DNA of 64,000 nucleotides from the NCBI RefSeq assembly GCF_058153355.1, contig NZ_CM177019.1. The stretch is one strand, 5' to 3'. Made by a program: the position numbers and the translations under genes. A model generated the notes under the pieces. It saw nothing but the letters and a program-made list of their open reading frames with translations. It was not told the DNA's origin and did no database searches. Of this stretch, positions 26,262 to 37,941 are shown in pieces; within the stretch, counting starts at the first letter, position 1; the number at the start of each line of letters is the position of its first letter.

Positions 26262-28796
26262 TTAATTACTACCAAACATATCCTTGATCCAACCTGCTAC
26301 GCCGTCACTGTCTTTCTGCTCTTGCTGAGCAGGTTGCTGTTGCGGTTGTTGCTGCGGCTGAGAAGACTGATCAAACGGATTGCCTGACGGTTGCTGCTGA
26401 ATCTCACTCTGCTGGCACAGCGATTGCGGATCGCTGGTCCAGACCGGCAAGACACGCATGCCACCGCTGCAAACAAAGTTGCCGTCGTAGTCCACGCCCA
26501 TATCTGCAATATCTTCTGGTGGAACAAGATTCAGCGGTGTTGGTGTCTGGTTAGCCAGATAACGCTGATAAATCGACATTGCCCCACTGGCACCATACAG
26601 TTTGGTCGGCTGGTTGTTATCACGGCCTACCCAGGTGATGGTCACCGTGCTGCCGTCAATGCCCGCAAACCAGGTATCCACGTTGTTGTTGGTAGTCCCG
26701 GTTTTGCCCGCCAGATGCAGGTTCGGGTATTTCGCCCCAAGCTGACGACCCGTACCGCGTTGTACCACCTGCTGCATGGTCCATAGTGTCAGATACGCCG
26801 CCTGCGCCGGAACCGCGCGTTCCGCCTGCGGGAAGCTCTGATACAACACCTTGCCATCTTCCGCGATTACCGAACGCAGCGCAGAAAGCGGTGCTCGGTT
26901 ACCACCGCTGGCGATGGTCTGGAACGCCTGCGCCACTTCAATTGGCGTTAAGTTCAACGCCCCCAGCAGCATTGCCGGAACCGGATGCAGCTGATCTTTC
27001 GGTACGCCCAGTTTAATCCAGGTATCCGTAACCGCAGGCAGCCCCAACGCCATCCCCAGATTTACCGTCGGCACGTTCATCGAACGAGTCAACGCATCCA
27101 CCAGCATCACTCTGCCACTTTCGCTATAACGACGATCATCGTTCTGCGGTGACCAGACCTGGCCATTCGGCTGACGCAGCGCGATTGGCGCATCGGCAAT
27201 CCACGTGTTCAGGCGATAGATTTTCGGCTGGCTTAAGGCCGTCAGATAAGTCGCTGGTTTTGCAAGGGAACCAATCGAACGACGCGCCTGCATCGCACGG
27301 TTGTAACCTGCAAACTGCGGCTCAGAACCACCAACCATCGCACGAACTTCACCACTAAAGCGGTCGACGACCACAATTGCCGTTTCCAGATCGCTTAACT
27401 TACGCTGTTTCTTCAGTGCCGGAATGCCTTCCACGGCGGCTTTTTCCGCCGCGTCCTGAGCCACCGAGTCAAAGGTAGTGAAGATCTTCACGCCGGAGAG
27501 ATCTTTTACCTTATCGCCTAATTTCGCCTGCAGCTCCTGACGCACCAGTTGCATAAAGGCTGGCTGTGGAGAGATTACCCCACCACGCGGCTGAACCCCC
27601 AGCGGACGTGCACTCAACATGTCATAGAGCTCTTGATCAATAATCTGCTGTTGTTGCAGCAGACGCAGCACCAGGTTACGTCGCTCCAGCGCCAGTTTCG
27701 GGTTACGCCACGGGTTGTAGATCGACGCCCCTTTCACCATACCAACCAACAGCGCCTGCTGGTCGAGACTCAGCTCTTCTACCGGGCGACCAAAGTAGTA
27801 CAGGCTCGCCAGCGGGAAACCGCGGATTTCGTTGTCGCCGCTCTGACCGAGATACACCTCGTTCATATACAGCTCAAGAATGCGGTCTTTGCTGTAACGC
27901 GCATCCATGATCAGCGCCATGTAGGCTTCGTTCGCTTTACGCCAGTAAGAGCGCTCGCTGGAGAGGAACAGGTTCTTCACCAACTGCTGGGTCAGCGTAC
28001 TGGCCCCCTGTACCGTACGACCTGCCATCAGGTTCGCCAGCACGGCACGGCCAATGGAATAGAGACTGATCCCATCATGCTCGTAGAAATGACGGTCTTC
28101 AGTCGCCAACAACGTATCCACCAGCAAGTCAGGGAACCCACTGCGCGGCACAAACAGACGCTGCTCACCGTTTGGTGAAGAGATCATGGTGATCAGGCGC
28201 GGATCAAGACGGAAGAAACCGAACTGACGGTTGTTCTCCATATTGACGATGGTCGCCAGATGATCACCATCAAAAGTCAGACGCGCACGTACCTGCCCTT
28301 CTTTACTGTCCGGGAAATCAAACGGACGGCGGATCATTTCAATGCTGTTGGCCTGCACGGTAAATTCGCCAGGGCGCGTCATTTTCGACACCTGACGATA
28401 CTGGGTCGCCTCCAGCAGCTTCACCATCTCGTTTTTGCTGATGGTCATGTCTGGCTCAAGGTTGACCATTCGGCCATAAACAGCCGCAGGCAATTGCCAG
28501 ACTTTGCCATCAATACGGCTACGAATTTTTTGATCGAGATAAACACCGTAAATGGCGATCAGCACGGCAAAAACGATAGCCAGTTTTAGCAGCAGCCATA
28601 GCCAGCCGCGTTTGCCACGAGGCTTACGCCCTTTGCCTTTGCCCTTACCTTTGCGCGGCATCGGTTCTTCATCCTCATAGTCATCATAATCGTCGTAATC
28701 ATCGTCATCTTCGTAACGACGACGGCTTACCTTTTGTTTGACCGGACGCGTCGGTTTCCCTTTGCGTCCAATTGGCTCGCGGTCATTCCCGGCCAT
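26262..28796 (-). CDS. mrcB: penicillin-binding protein 1B (bifunctional glycosyltransferase/transpeptidase)
   Basis: ORF track frame 26262..28811 trimmed to 844 aa [56 protein letters not shown]... Confidence 0.96.
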   Translation of the reverse strand: MAGNDREPIGRKGKPTRPVKQKVSRRRYEDDDDYDDYDDYEDEEPMPRKGKGKGKGRKPRGKRGWLWLLLKLAIVFAVLIAIYGVYLDQKIRSRIDGKVWQLPAAVYGRMVNLEPDMTISKNEMVKLLEATQYRQVSKMTRPGEFTVQANSIEMIRRPFDFPDSKEGQVRARLTFDGDHLATIVNMENNRQFGFFRLDPRLITMISSPNGEQRLFVPRSGFPDLLVDTLLATEDRHFYEHDGISLYSIGRAVLANLMAGRTVQGASTLTQQLVKNLFLSSERSYWRKANEAYMALIMDARYSKDRILELYMNEVYLGQSGDNEIRGFPLASLYYFGRPVEELSLDQQALLVGMVKGASIYNPWRNPKLALERRNLVLRLLQQQQIIDQELYDMLSARPLGVQPRGGVISPQPAFMQLVRQELQAKLGDKVKDLSGVKIFTTFDSVAQDAAEKAAVEGIPALKKQRKLSDLETAIVVVDRFSGEVRAMVGGSEPQFAGYNRAMQARRSIGSLAKPATYLTALSQPKIYRLNTWIADAPIALRQPNGQVWSPQNDDRRYSESGRVMLVDALTRSMNVPTVNLGMALGLPAVTDTWIKLGVPKDQLHPVPAMLLGALNLTPIEVAQAFQTIASGGNRAPLSALRSVIAEDGKVLYQSFPQAERAVPAQAAYLTLWTMQQVVQRGTGRQLGAKYPNLHLAGKTGTTNNNVDTWFAGIDGSTVTITWVGRDNNQPTKLYGASGAMSIYQRYLANQTPTPLNLVPPEDIADMGVDYDGNFVCSGGMRVLPVWTSDPQSLCQQSEIQQQPSGNPFDQSSQPQQQPQQQPAQQEQKDSDGVAGWIKDMFGSN

Positions 28797-28889
28797 GCTT
28801 TTTCTCCGCAATATTCAGGCGCAAAAGCCCGATTTTCTGTTCTTCTGTAACAAGACAGAAGAAGATATCTCTCAAATTTACTTTGGTCT

Positions 28890-31184
28890 TCATGAATACT
28901 TTTTCGTCCGTCGCGTCGGTGCGGTATTTGCCGGATCATCCGGCCAGACGTGTTTGGGATAACGCCCTTTCATTTCTTTTTGCACCTCGCGATACGCTCC
29001 TTTCCAGAAGGCACTCAAATCTCGTGTGATTTGCAGCGGCCTTTGGGCAGGAGAAAGCAACTCCAGCACCAGCGGCACACGCCCCTGGGCGATCGTCGGA
29101 TTGGTGGCCTCGCCAAACATCTCCTGCATTCTCACCGCCAGCGCGGGCGGGTTATCTTCATGGTAACGAATGGCGATCCGGCTTCCCGTCGGCACAGTGT
29201 AATGCGCAGGCAATTCACTATCCAGACGTTGCTGCATCCCCCAATCAAGTAATCCGCGTAGCGCCTGATAAATATCGAGTGATTTCAGGCCGCGTAGCGA
29301 ATGTACGCCTGCCATATGCGGCAGTAGCCACGTTTCCAGCGTCGCCAACAAACTTTCATCATCAACCGCTGGCCAGTCATATTCTGGCAACCACCTGGCG
29401 GCGCATAACAAACGCAAGCGTAGCTGTTCCGCTTCCGGCGTCCAGTTAAGCACGCTTAAGCCTTTATCACGAACGCCGTTAAGCATCGCCTGATGCAGCT
29501 CGTCTTCTGAAGGCTTCGCCAGCGGCTGCACTTTTACCGTCAGTTGACCAATTTGCAACCGACGCCAGGCTTTCAGCGTACCTTGCGCATCATCCCACTC
29601 CACGGTGTCCGATTGCTGCACCAGCTGCGGACAGCGTTGCACTAATTCATCGATATCGACCGGTAGCGCCAGTAAAATCCGCGCATCCGGCGAGGCGCTA
29701 CCCTGCAATAATAACGGTGCGATAAGCGAACTGTCTGCCTCACCGCCGCGTACGTTTAAGCGCTTTAACAGTTGCTGGCTACGTTGCTGCCAGGCAGGTT
29801 GATTGCGCGAAAACGCCACGCCCAGATCGATATTGCCCATCCGTGGTGGCTCTTCGAGAATAGCGGCAATTTTTGCAGCGGTAGCAGCTTCGTCGTCGCT
29901 CTTTACGCTCACCAGCATTGCCGCTAAACGCGGATCGTTACCCAGCGTCGCCATTTTCTGCCCTTTCGTGCTTAGCCGTTCACCGTCCATCGCCCCCAGC
30001 ATCCGCAACAGGCGTTTCGCGGCCTGTAAATTCACGGCTGGCGGTTGATCCAGCCAGCTCATCTGCGCCGGATCGCTGCATCCCCATTGCAGTAATTCCA
30101 TCAGCAAACCGGAAAGATCGCTTTGTAAGATCTCCGGTTCACTTTGTGCGGCAGCGCGTTCTGCTTGTTCTTTGGCGATTAAATGCAGGCAGATACCCGG
30201 CTCCAGACGCCCGGCACGCCCGGCACGCTGCGTCATCGACGCCTGACTGATTCGCTGAGTAATCAACCGCGTAAGTCCTGTACGCGGATCAAAACGCGCC
30301 ACCCTTTCCTGGGCGCAATCCACCACCAGACGAATACCTTCGATGGTTAAACTGGTTTCAGCAATATTGGTTGCCAGCACCACTTTGCGCATCCCTTCTG
30401 GTGCCGGAAGGATCGCTTTTCGCTGATCGTTCAGCGACAACGCGCCATACAGCGGGCAGAGCAACACATCACTACCGATGCGCGAAGCCAGTTGTTCCTG
30501 AACGCGCTGAATTTCTCCGACACCAGGTAAAAATAACAGTAATGAGCCGCTTTCCTGATGCAGCAATTCGGCGGTGGCAACCGCCACGGCTTCATCAAAA
30601 CGCTGATGAGCGAGCAGCGGTAAATATCGGCGTTCAACCGGAAATGAGCGCCCTTCTGAGATGACGACGGGCGCTTCTGGCAGCATCTGCTGCAAGCGGT
30701 CATTGTCCAGCGTAGCCGACATAATCAGTAGTTTAAGGTCATCACGCAGACCTTGTTGCACATCGAGTAACAGCGCCAACGCCAGATCCGCCTGCAAGCT
30801 GCGCTCATGAAACTCATCGAGGATCACCAATCCAACGCCGCTCAGTTCAGGGTCACGCTGGATCATGCGCGTCAACACGCCTTCGGTAACTACTTCCAGG
30901 CGAGTATTTGGCCCGACACAGTTTTGCGCGCGCATCCGGTAGCCTACCGTATCACCTGTTTTTTCGTTAAGCAGTTCCGCCAGTCGTTGCGCAACGTTAC
31001 GCGCCGCCAGGCGACGCGGCTCCAGCAGGATAATTTTTCCGTTAATGCCGGGATGCGCCAGCAGTTGCAGCGGCAGCCAGGTTGATTTCCCGGCCCCGGT
31101 CGGCGCACTTAATAACACCTGCGGTGCACCATCGAGGGCAGCAAGTAACTCAGGTAAGACGACGGCAACGGGCAACGACGACAC
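28890..31184 (-). CDS. hrpB: ATP-dependent RNA helicase HrpB (DEAH-box), about 45 codons shorter than my recollection of the K-12 protein
   Basis: ORF track frame 28890..31229; start placed at GTG (complement of 31182-31184) with GGAG 9 nt upstream, giving 764 aa VSSLPVAVVLPELLAALDGAPQVLLSAPTGAGKST...; ends RRTKKYS. Confidence 0.9.
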   Translation of the reverse strand: MSSLPVAVVLPELLAALDGAPQVLLSAPTGAGKSTWLPLQLLAHPGINGKIILLEPRRLAARNVAQRLAELLNEKTGDTVGYRMRAQNCVGPNTRLEVVTEGVLTRMIQRDPELSGVGLVILDEFHERSLQADLALALLLDVQQGLRDDLKLLIMSATLDNDRLQQMLPEAPVVISEGRSFPVERRYLPLLAHQRFDEAVAVATAELLHQESGSLLLFLPGVGEIQRVQEQLASRIGSDVLLCPLYGALSLNDQRKAILPAPEGMRKVVLATNIAETSLTIEGIRLVVDCAQERVARFDPRTGLTRLITQRISQASMTQRAGRAGRLEPGICLHLIAKEQAERAAAQSEPEILQSDLSGLLMELLQWGCSDPAQMSWLDQPPAVNLQAAKRLLRMLGAMDGERLSTKGQKMATLGNDPRLAAMLVSVKSDDEAATAAKIAAILEEPPRMGNIDLGVAFSRNQPAWQQRSQQLLKRLNVRGGEADSSLIAPLLLQGSASPDARILLALPVDIDELVQRCPQLVQQSDTVEWDDAQGTLKAWRRLQIGQLTVKVQPLAKPSEDELHQAMLNGVRDKGLSVLNWTPEAEQLRLRLLCAARWLPEYDWPAVDDESLLATLETWLLPHMAGVHSLRGLKSLDIYQALRGLLDWGMQQRLDSELPAHYTVPTGSRIAIRYHEDNPPALAVRMQEMFGEATNPTIAQGRVPLVLELLSPAQRPLQITRDLSAFWKGAYREVQKEMKGRYPKHVWPDDPANTAPTRRTKKYS

Positions 31185-31257
31185 AAAACGCTCCAGAGGG
31201 TTAACATTCTTCGCGCCACATTGTAGCATCGCGGTAATGCATAACCGAGTACCTCAC

Positions 31258-32507
<1,250 letters not shown>

Positions 32508-32684
32508 TAGAGTAAGTAACTGGTTAATTTACATTCTGGTCGCGTGCGCAAATACGCTTTTCCTCACACAGTTGTCAAGTGTTACGTTTAGATAATTGCT
32601 ATCCGGAAAAGCTTCTGCTATTTATAGCGGCCTCATTTTTCCCCCGAACATGGGGATCGATAGTGCGTGTTAAGGAGAAGCAAC

Positions 32685-33140
32685 ATGCAAGAAGGGCAAA
32701 ACCGTAAAACATCGTCCCTGAGTATTCTCGCCATCGCTGGGGTGGAGCCATATCAGGAGAAGCCGGGCGAAGAGTATATGAACGAAGCCCAGCTGGCGCA
32801 CTTCCGTCGTATTCTGGAAGCATGGCGTAATCAACTCAGGGATGAAGTCGATCGCACCGTTACACATATGCAGGATGAAGCAGCCAACTTCCCGGATCCG
32901 GTAGACCGTGCAGCCCAGGAAGAAGAGTTCAGCCTCGAACTGCGTAACCGCGATCGCGAGCGTAAGCTGATCAAAAAGATCGAGAAGACGCTGAAAAAAG
33001 TGGAAGACGAAGATTTCGGCTACTGCGAGTCCTGCGGTGTTGAAATTGGTATTCGTCGTCTGGAAGCGCGCCCGACAGCCGATCTGTGCATCGACTGCAA
33101 AACGCTGGCTGAAATTCGCGAAAAACAAATGGCTGGCTAA
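32685..33140 (+). CDS. dksA: RNA polymerase-binding transcription factor DksA
   Basis: ORF track frame 32667..33140 trimmed to 151 aa [51 protein letters not shown]..., C4 zinc finger [25 protein letters not shown]. Confidence 0.96.
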   Translation: MQEGQNRKTSSLSILAIAGVEPYQEKPGEEYMNEAQLAHFRRILEAWRNQLRDEVDRTVTHMQDEAANFPDPVDRAAQEEEFSLELRNRDRERKLIKKIEKTLKKVEDEDFGYCESCGVEIGIRRLEARPTADLCIDCKTLAEIREKQMAG

Positions 33141-33176
33141 TTACAGCCGTTCCATCACGTTTACCACAGGCGGGAA

Positions 33177-34103
33177 ATGCTCCCGCCTTATTTTTTGTTC
33201 AACGAGATGACAGACACACACTATATTGGCCGCTTTGCCCCCTCTCCTTCCGGCGAGCTTCATTTTGGCTCTCTGATTGCCGCGCTTGGAAGCTTTCTAC
33301 AGGCTCGCGCCCGGCAAGGTCGCTGGCTTGTTCGCATTGAAGATATCGATCCGCCTCGTGAAGTTCCCGGTGCCGCAGAGACCATCCTGCGCCAGCTGGA
33401 ACATTACGGTTTACACTGGGACGGCGATGTTCTCTGGCAATCGCAACGTCACAACGCCTATCGCGAAGCACTCGCATGGTTACATGAGCAAGGGTTAAGT
33501 TATTACTGCACCTGCACGCGCGCACGTATTCAAAGCATTGGCGGTATTTACGACGGTCATTGCCGGGAGTTGCATCATGGGCCAGAAAACGCTGCTGTAC
33601 GTATTCGCCAGCAGCATCCGGTCACCCAGTTTACTGACCAGCTGCGCGGCATTATTCATGCCGACCAAAAACTGGCGCGGGAAGATTTTATTATTCATCG
33701 TCGTGATGGTCTATTTGCCTATAACCTGGCGGTGGTCGTTGACGATCACTACCAGGGCGTGACAGAAATTGTTCGTGGCGCGGATTTGATCGAACCCACG
33801 GTGCGCCAAATCTCGCTGTACCAGCTTTTTGGCTGGCAGGTGCCAGATTACATTCATTTGCCACTGGCACTTAATCCACAAGGCGCTAAACTTTCCAAGC
33901 AGAATCATGCGCCTGCGTTGCCAAAAGGCGATCCTCGGCCGGTGTTAATCGCGGCACTTCAATTTCTGGGCCAGCAGGCAGAAACACACTGGCAGGATTT
34001 CAGCGTCGCGCAAATTCTCCAGTCAGCCGTCAAAAACTGGCGGCTCACCGCAGTGCCTGAGTCGGCAATTGTAAATTCAACATTCTCAAATGCGTCATGC
34101 TGA
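33177..34103 (+). CDS. gluQ: glutamyl-Q tRNA(Asp) synthetase
   Basis: 308-aa [53 protein letters not shown]..., truncated GluRS-like catalytic domain; 36 nt after dksA. Confidence 0.93.
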   Translation: MLPPYFLFNEMTDTHYIGRFAPSPSGELHFGSLIAALGSFLQARARQGRWLVRIEDIDPPREVPGAAETILRQLEHYGLHWDGDVLWQSQRHNAYREALAWLHEQGLSYYCTCTRARIQSIGGIYDGHCRELHHGPENAAVRIRQQHPVTQFTDQLRGIIHADQKLAREDFIIHRRDGLFAYNLAVVVDDHYQGVTEIVRGADLIEPTVRQISLYQLFGWQVPDYIHLPLALNPQGAKLSKQNHAPALPKGDPRPVLIAALQFLGQQAETHWQDFSVAQILQSAVKNWRLTAVPESAIVNSTFSNASC

Positions 34104-34162
34104 GCTATGATTAGCCGCTATTTTTTTGTCCTGAATGATGTTTGACACTACCGAGGTGTACT

Positions 34163-35560
34163 ATTTTTACCCGAGTCGCTAATTTTTGCCGCAAGGTGCT
34201 AAGCCGCGAGGAAAGCGAGGCTGAACAGGCAGTCGCCCGTCCACAGGTGACGGTGATCCCGCGTGAGCAGCATGCTATTTCCCGCAAAGATATCAGTGAA
34301 AATGCCCTGAAGGTAATGTACAGGCTCAATAAAGCGGGATACGAAGCCTGGCTGGTTGGCGGCGGCGTGCGCGACCTGTTACTTGGCAAAAAGCCGAAAG
34401 ATTTTGACGTGACTACTAACGCCACGCCAGAGCAAGTGCGCAAACTGTTCCGTAACTGCCGCCTGGTGGGTCGCCGTTTCCGTCTGGCTCATGTGATGTT
34501 TGGCCCGGAGATTATCGAAGTTGCGACCTTCCGGGGACATCACGAAGGTAACGTCAGCGACCGTACGACCTCCCAACGCGGGCAAAACGGCATGTTGCTG
34601 CGCGACAACATTTTCGGTTCCATCGAAGAAGACGCCCAGCGCCGCGATTTCACTATTAATAGTCTGTATTACAGCGTGGCGGATTTTACGGTCCGCGATT
34701 ACGTTGGTGGCATGAAGGATCTGAAAGACGGCGTTATCCGTCTGATTGGTAACCCGGAAACGCGCTACCGTGAAGATCCGGTACGTATGCTGCGCGCGGT
34801 TCGTTTTGCCGCCAAATTGGGCATGCGCATCAGCCCGGAAACCGCAGAACCGATCCCACGCCTGGCAACCCTGCTAAACGATATTCCTCCGGCGCGTTTG
34901 TTTGAAGAATCTCTGAAACTGTTGCAAGCGGGCTACGGTTACGAAACCTATAAACTGCTGTGTGAATACCATCTGTTCCAGCCGCTGTTCCCGACCATTA
35001 CCCGCTACTTTACGGAAAATGGTGACAGTCCAATGGAACGGATCATTGAGCTGGTGCTGAAGAATACTGACACGCGTATTCATAACGATATGCGCGTCAA
35101 CCCGGCGTTCCTGTTTGCCGCCATGTTCTGGTATCCCCTGCTGGAAACAGCACAGAAAATCGCGCAAGAGAGCGGCCTGACTTATCACGACGCTTTCGCG
35201 CTGGCAATGAACGATGTGTTAGACGAAGCCTGCCGTTCACTGGCTATCCCGAAACGGCTAACCACTTTAACCCGTGATATCTGGCAGTTACAGTTGCGCA
35301 TGTCCCGCCGTCAGGGTAAACGCGCATGGAAATTACTCGAACATCCGAAGTTCCGCGCAGCTTATGACCTGCTGGCACTGCGTGCTGAAGTAGAACGCAA
35401 CGCCGAGCTACAACGTCTGGCGAAATGGTGGGGTGAGTTCCAGGTTTCCGCGCCGCCAGACCAAAAAGGGATGCTTAACGAACTGGATGAAGAACCGTCA
35501 CCGCGTCGTCGTACTCGTCGCCCGCGCAGACGTGCGCCGCGCCGTGAGGGCACCGCATGA
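34163..35560 (+). CDS. pcnB: poly(A) polymerase I, with non-canonical AUU initiation codon
   Basis: ORF track frame starts at TTG 34142; the known PcnB N-terminus (M)[21 protein letters not shown] begins at the ATT codon 34163-34165, giving 465 aa; stop overlaps folK start. Confidence 0.9.
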   Translation: MFTRVANFCRKVLSREESEAEQAVARPQVTVIPREQHAISRKDISENALKVMYRLNKAGYEAWLVGGGVRDLLLGKKPKDFDVTTNATPEQVRKLFRNCRLVGRRFRLAHVMFGPEIIEVATFRGHHEGNVSDRTTSQRGQNGMLLRDNIFGSIEEDAQRRDFTINSLYYSVADFTVRDYVGGMKDLKDGVIRLIGNPETRYREDPVRMLRAVRFAAKLGMRISPETAEPIPRLATLLNDIPPARLFEESLKLLQAGYGYETYKLLCEYHLFQPLFPTITRYFTENGDSPMERIIELVLKNTDTRIHNDMRVNPAFLFAAMFWYPLLETAQKIAQESGLTYHDAFALAMNDVLDEACRSLAIPKRLTTLTRDIWQLQLRMSRRQGKRAWKLLEHPKFRAAYDLLALRAEVERNAELQRLAKWWGEFQVSAPPDQKGMLNELDEEPSPRRRTRRPRRRAPRREGTA

Positions 35561-36033
35561 CAGTGGCGTATATTGCTATCGGCAGCAATCTGGCCTCTCC
35601 GCTGGAGCAGGTCAATGCTGCCCTGAAGGCAATAGATGACATTCCTGAAAGCCGCATTCTTGCCGTTTCTTCGTTTTACCGCACCCCACCGCTGGGGCCG
35701 CAAGATCAACCCGATTACTTAAACGCAGCCGTGGCGCTGGAAACCTCTCTTACAGCTGAAGAACTCCTCAACCACACACAGCGTATTGAGTTGCAGCAAG
35801 GTCGCGTCCGCAAAGCTGAACGCTGGGGACCGCGCACGCTCGATCTTGATATCATGTTGTTTGGTAATCAGGTCATAAACACTGAGCGCCTGACCGTTCC
35901 GCACTATGATATGAAGAATCGTGGATTTATGTTGTGGCCGCTGTTTGAGATCGCGCCGGAACTGGTGTTTCCTGATGGTGAAACGCTGCAAGCAAGACTC
36001 ACTACTTTCCCTCCCTGCCCACAGCACTGGTAA
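35557..36033 (+). CDS. folK: 2-amino-4-hydroxy-6-hydroxymethyldihydropteridine pyrophosphokinase (HPPK)
   Basis: 158-aa [65 protein letters not shown]...; last ~17 residues ([17 protein letters not shown]) differ from the K-12 tail as I recall it. Confidence 0.93.
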   Translation: MTVAYIAIGSNLASPLEQVNAALKAIDDIPESRILAVSSFYRTPPLGPQDQPDYLNAAVALETSLTAEELLNHTQRIELQQGRVRKAERWGPRTLDLDIMLFGNQVINTERLTVPHYDMKNRGFMLWPLFEIAPELVFPDGETLQARLTTFPPCPQHW

Positions 36034-36538
36034 ACCACATTTCTGGAAAAGCGTATTGGGTAATGCAATGTTGTATAATATTATTTTATAGTTTCAATGA
36101 ATTAATTCTCTCTCCCCCATCATAAAAATCACAAAAAAACAGCATTAAACATATAATTACGGCAAATATATTTTCATTACCTATATTATCTTTTCTCTTT
36201 ATAAGAGGTTTTTAATGATAATGAACCAATTTATTCTGGGTACTATGCCTCACTCCCGGTATTAGCACTGGATAGCGCTTAACTGGATTCTGTCAGGCTG
36301 GGACGGGGGCAACAAGTGCATACAACGACCAGTCCTTAACGCGTAATTATTAATTTCTACAGCGTATTATCATATTATTTAAACCTGCCCAACCTCACCA
36401 AATACATTCATAAAATGCATAATTATAATAAATCATAAAAATCCATTCACCGAAGATATTTTTCTTTAAAGAGCGTGGCATTTATAATAAGTATTGGTGA
36501 GAAAATTCACCCCCATTAATTTTTATAAGGATATTCCC
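36034..36538 (+). promoter_or_regulatory. AT-rich regulatory region upstream of the yad fimbrial operon (probable H-NS-silenced promoter)
   Basis: 505-bp non-coding stretch with very high AT content and no ORFs, directly upstream of the major fimbrial subunit gene; RBS aagga 8 nt before yadN ATG. Confidence 0.5.
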
Positions 36539-37108
36539 ATGTTAAAAAAAAGTGCTATTGCTACGGCATTAGTGATGTTCACCACTTCTGCCTTCGCGCT
36601 GGATGGCGGTCAATTAGATTTCGCGGGTTTGGTGAGTGACAACACTTGCGTCTTGCACGTCAACGGTGGCGCCCAGGACGGTCAGATTACCCTGCAAACC
36701 GCCACAACCACTGAAGTTAATCAGGCCGGTGTTGTCCAACTTGCCAGCCCTGGCGCAAAACCGGAAGCCTTCTCTATTACGATCGATTGCTCGGACGATC
36801 CACAGGGCGCCTCTGCCAATCTGAGCATGGGTTCCGTGTTCTTCAGCAACAGTCAGGGCACTCTGAACAACGATCTCTCCATTAGCCAGGCGGCTACCGG
36901 GGTCGCGATTGCCATTCACTACCTTACCGATGCCACTACCTACGAACAGATGAGAGTTAACGACAGCACTGATGTTAAAAACCTGCTGTTTACCAACGGC
37001 AAAGCGGTTTACAACTTTAAAGCGTCATATGTAAAACAGGCAGCAACAGTTAACGCAACGGCAGGTTATGTCAAAACCAACGCCGCTTATACAGTGACTT
37101 ACCAGTAA
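36539..37108 (+). CDS. yadN: fimbrial major subunit (Yad fimbriae)
   Basis: ORF track frame 36494..37108 trimmed to ATG 36539, 189 aa MLKKSAIATALVMFTTSAFALDGGQLDFAGLV... with signal peptide and C-terminal YTVTYQ donor strand; allele divergent from K-12. Confidence 0.8.
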   Translation: MLKKSAIATALVMFTTSAFALDGGQLDFAGLVSDNTCVLHVNGGAQDGQITLQTATTTEVNQAGVVQLASPGAKPEAFSITIDCSDDPQGASANLSMGSVFFSNSQGTLNNDLSISQAATGVAIAIHYLTDATTYEQMRVNDSTDVKNLLFTNGKAVYNFKASYVKQAATVNATAGYVKTNAAYTVTYQ

Positions 37109-37165
37109 ATATCTGCGTCACCCAACAGCCCAAGGGCTGTTGGGTCACTCAATAAGGATAGTGTT

Positions 37166-37909
37166 ATGACCAGGATGTGTCAGTTTATTGTTTCCACTGC
37201 TTTCGTCGCATCGACAGCCGTTTTCAGCCTCACCGCGCAAGCAGATATTGTGCTTTCCGGTACGCGCATTATTTATAATGCCGACCAGAAAGACGTCACA
37301 TTGCGCATGGAAAACAAAGGTGCCCGCCCATTATTAGTTCAGACCTGGATTGATACCGGCAGCGAGAATGCCGACCCCAGCACATTGAAAGTGCCTTTTA
37401 CCGTGACGCCGCCGGTTTCCCGCGTTGATGGTAAAAAAGGCCAAACGGTTAAAATTGCCTGGAACGCCAGCCAGACCCTTCCAGCCGATCGCGAAAGCGT
37501 TTATTGGTTCAATGCGCTGGAAGTTCCCCCCAAGATGAACGATGCCGATGCCAAGGGAAAAAACATTCTGCAATTGGCTTTCCGTACCCGTATCAAGCTG
37601 TTCTATCGCCCAACCGGCCTGGCGGGTAACCCGGCTGATGCACCAAAACAGTTAACCTGGCGTCTCCAGTCTTCAGCCGGAAAAGTGGTGCTGCAGGCAA
37701 CAAACCCAACGCCTTATCACGTCTCATTCAGCAGTATTACCCTTGCCTCAGGCGGTAATAAATATACCGTGGAAAGCAGTATGGTCGAGCCCAAAAGCAG
37801 TGCGGAAATGGTGGTAAAAGGCGCTCCCCGTTCTGTGTCTGGCGCAACAGTTGAGTACTCAGCCATTAATGATTTTGGCGGTGGCATTGACGGCAAAGTC
37901 AAACTTTGA
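37166..37909 (+). CDS. yadV: periplasmic fimbrial chaperone (PapD-like)
   Basis: 247-aa ORF with signal peptide and chaperone motifs (IVLSGTRIIYNADQKDVTLRMENKGARPLLVQTW, LAFRTRIKLFYRP). Confidence 0.85.
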   Translation: MTRMCQFIVSTAFVASTAVFSLTAQADIVLSGTRIIYNADQKDVTLRMENKGARPLLVQTWIDTGSENADPSTLKVPFTVTPPVSRVDGKKGQTVKIAWNASQTLPADRESVYWFNALEVPPKMNDADAKGKNILQLAFRTRIKLFYRPTGLAGNPADAPKQLTWRLQSSAGKVVLQATNPTPYHVSFSSITLASGGNKYTVESSMVEPKSSAEMVVKGAPRSVSGATVEYSAINDFGGGIDGKVKL

Positions 37910-37941
37910 TGCCCACAGACGAGATCGGCTGAGATCGTACA

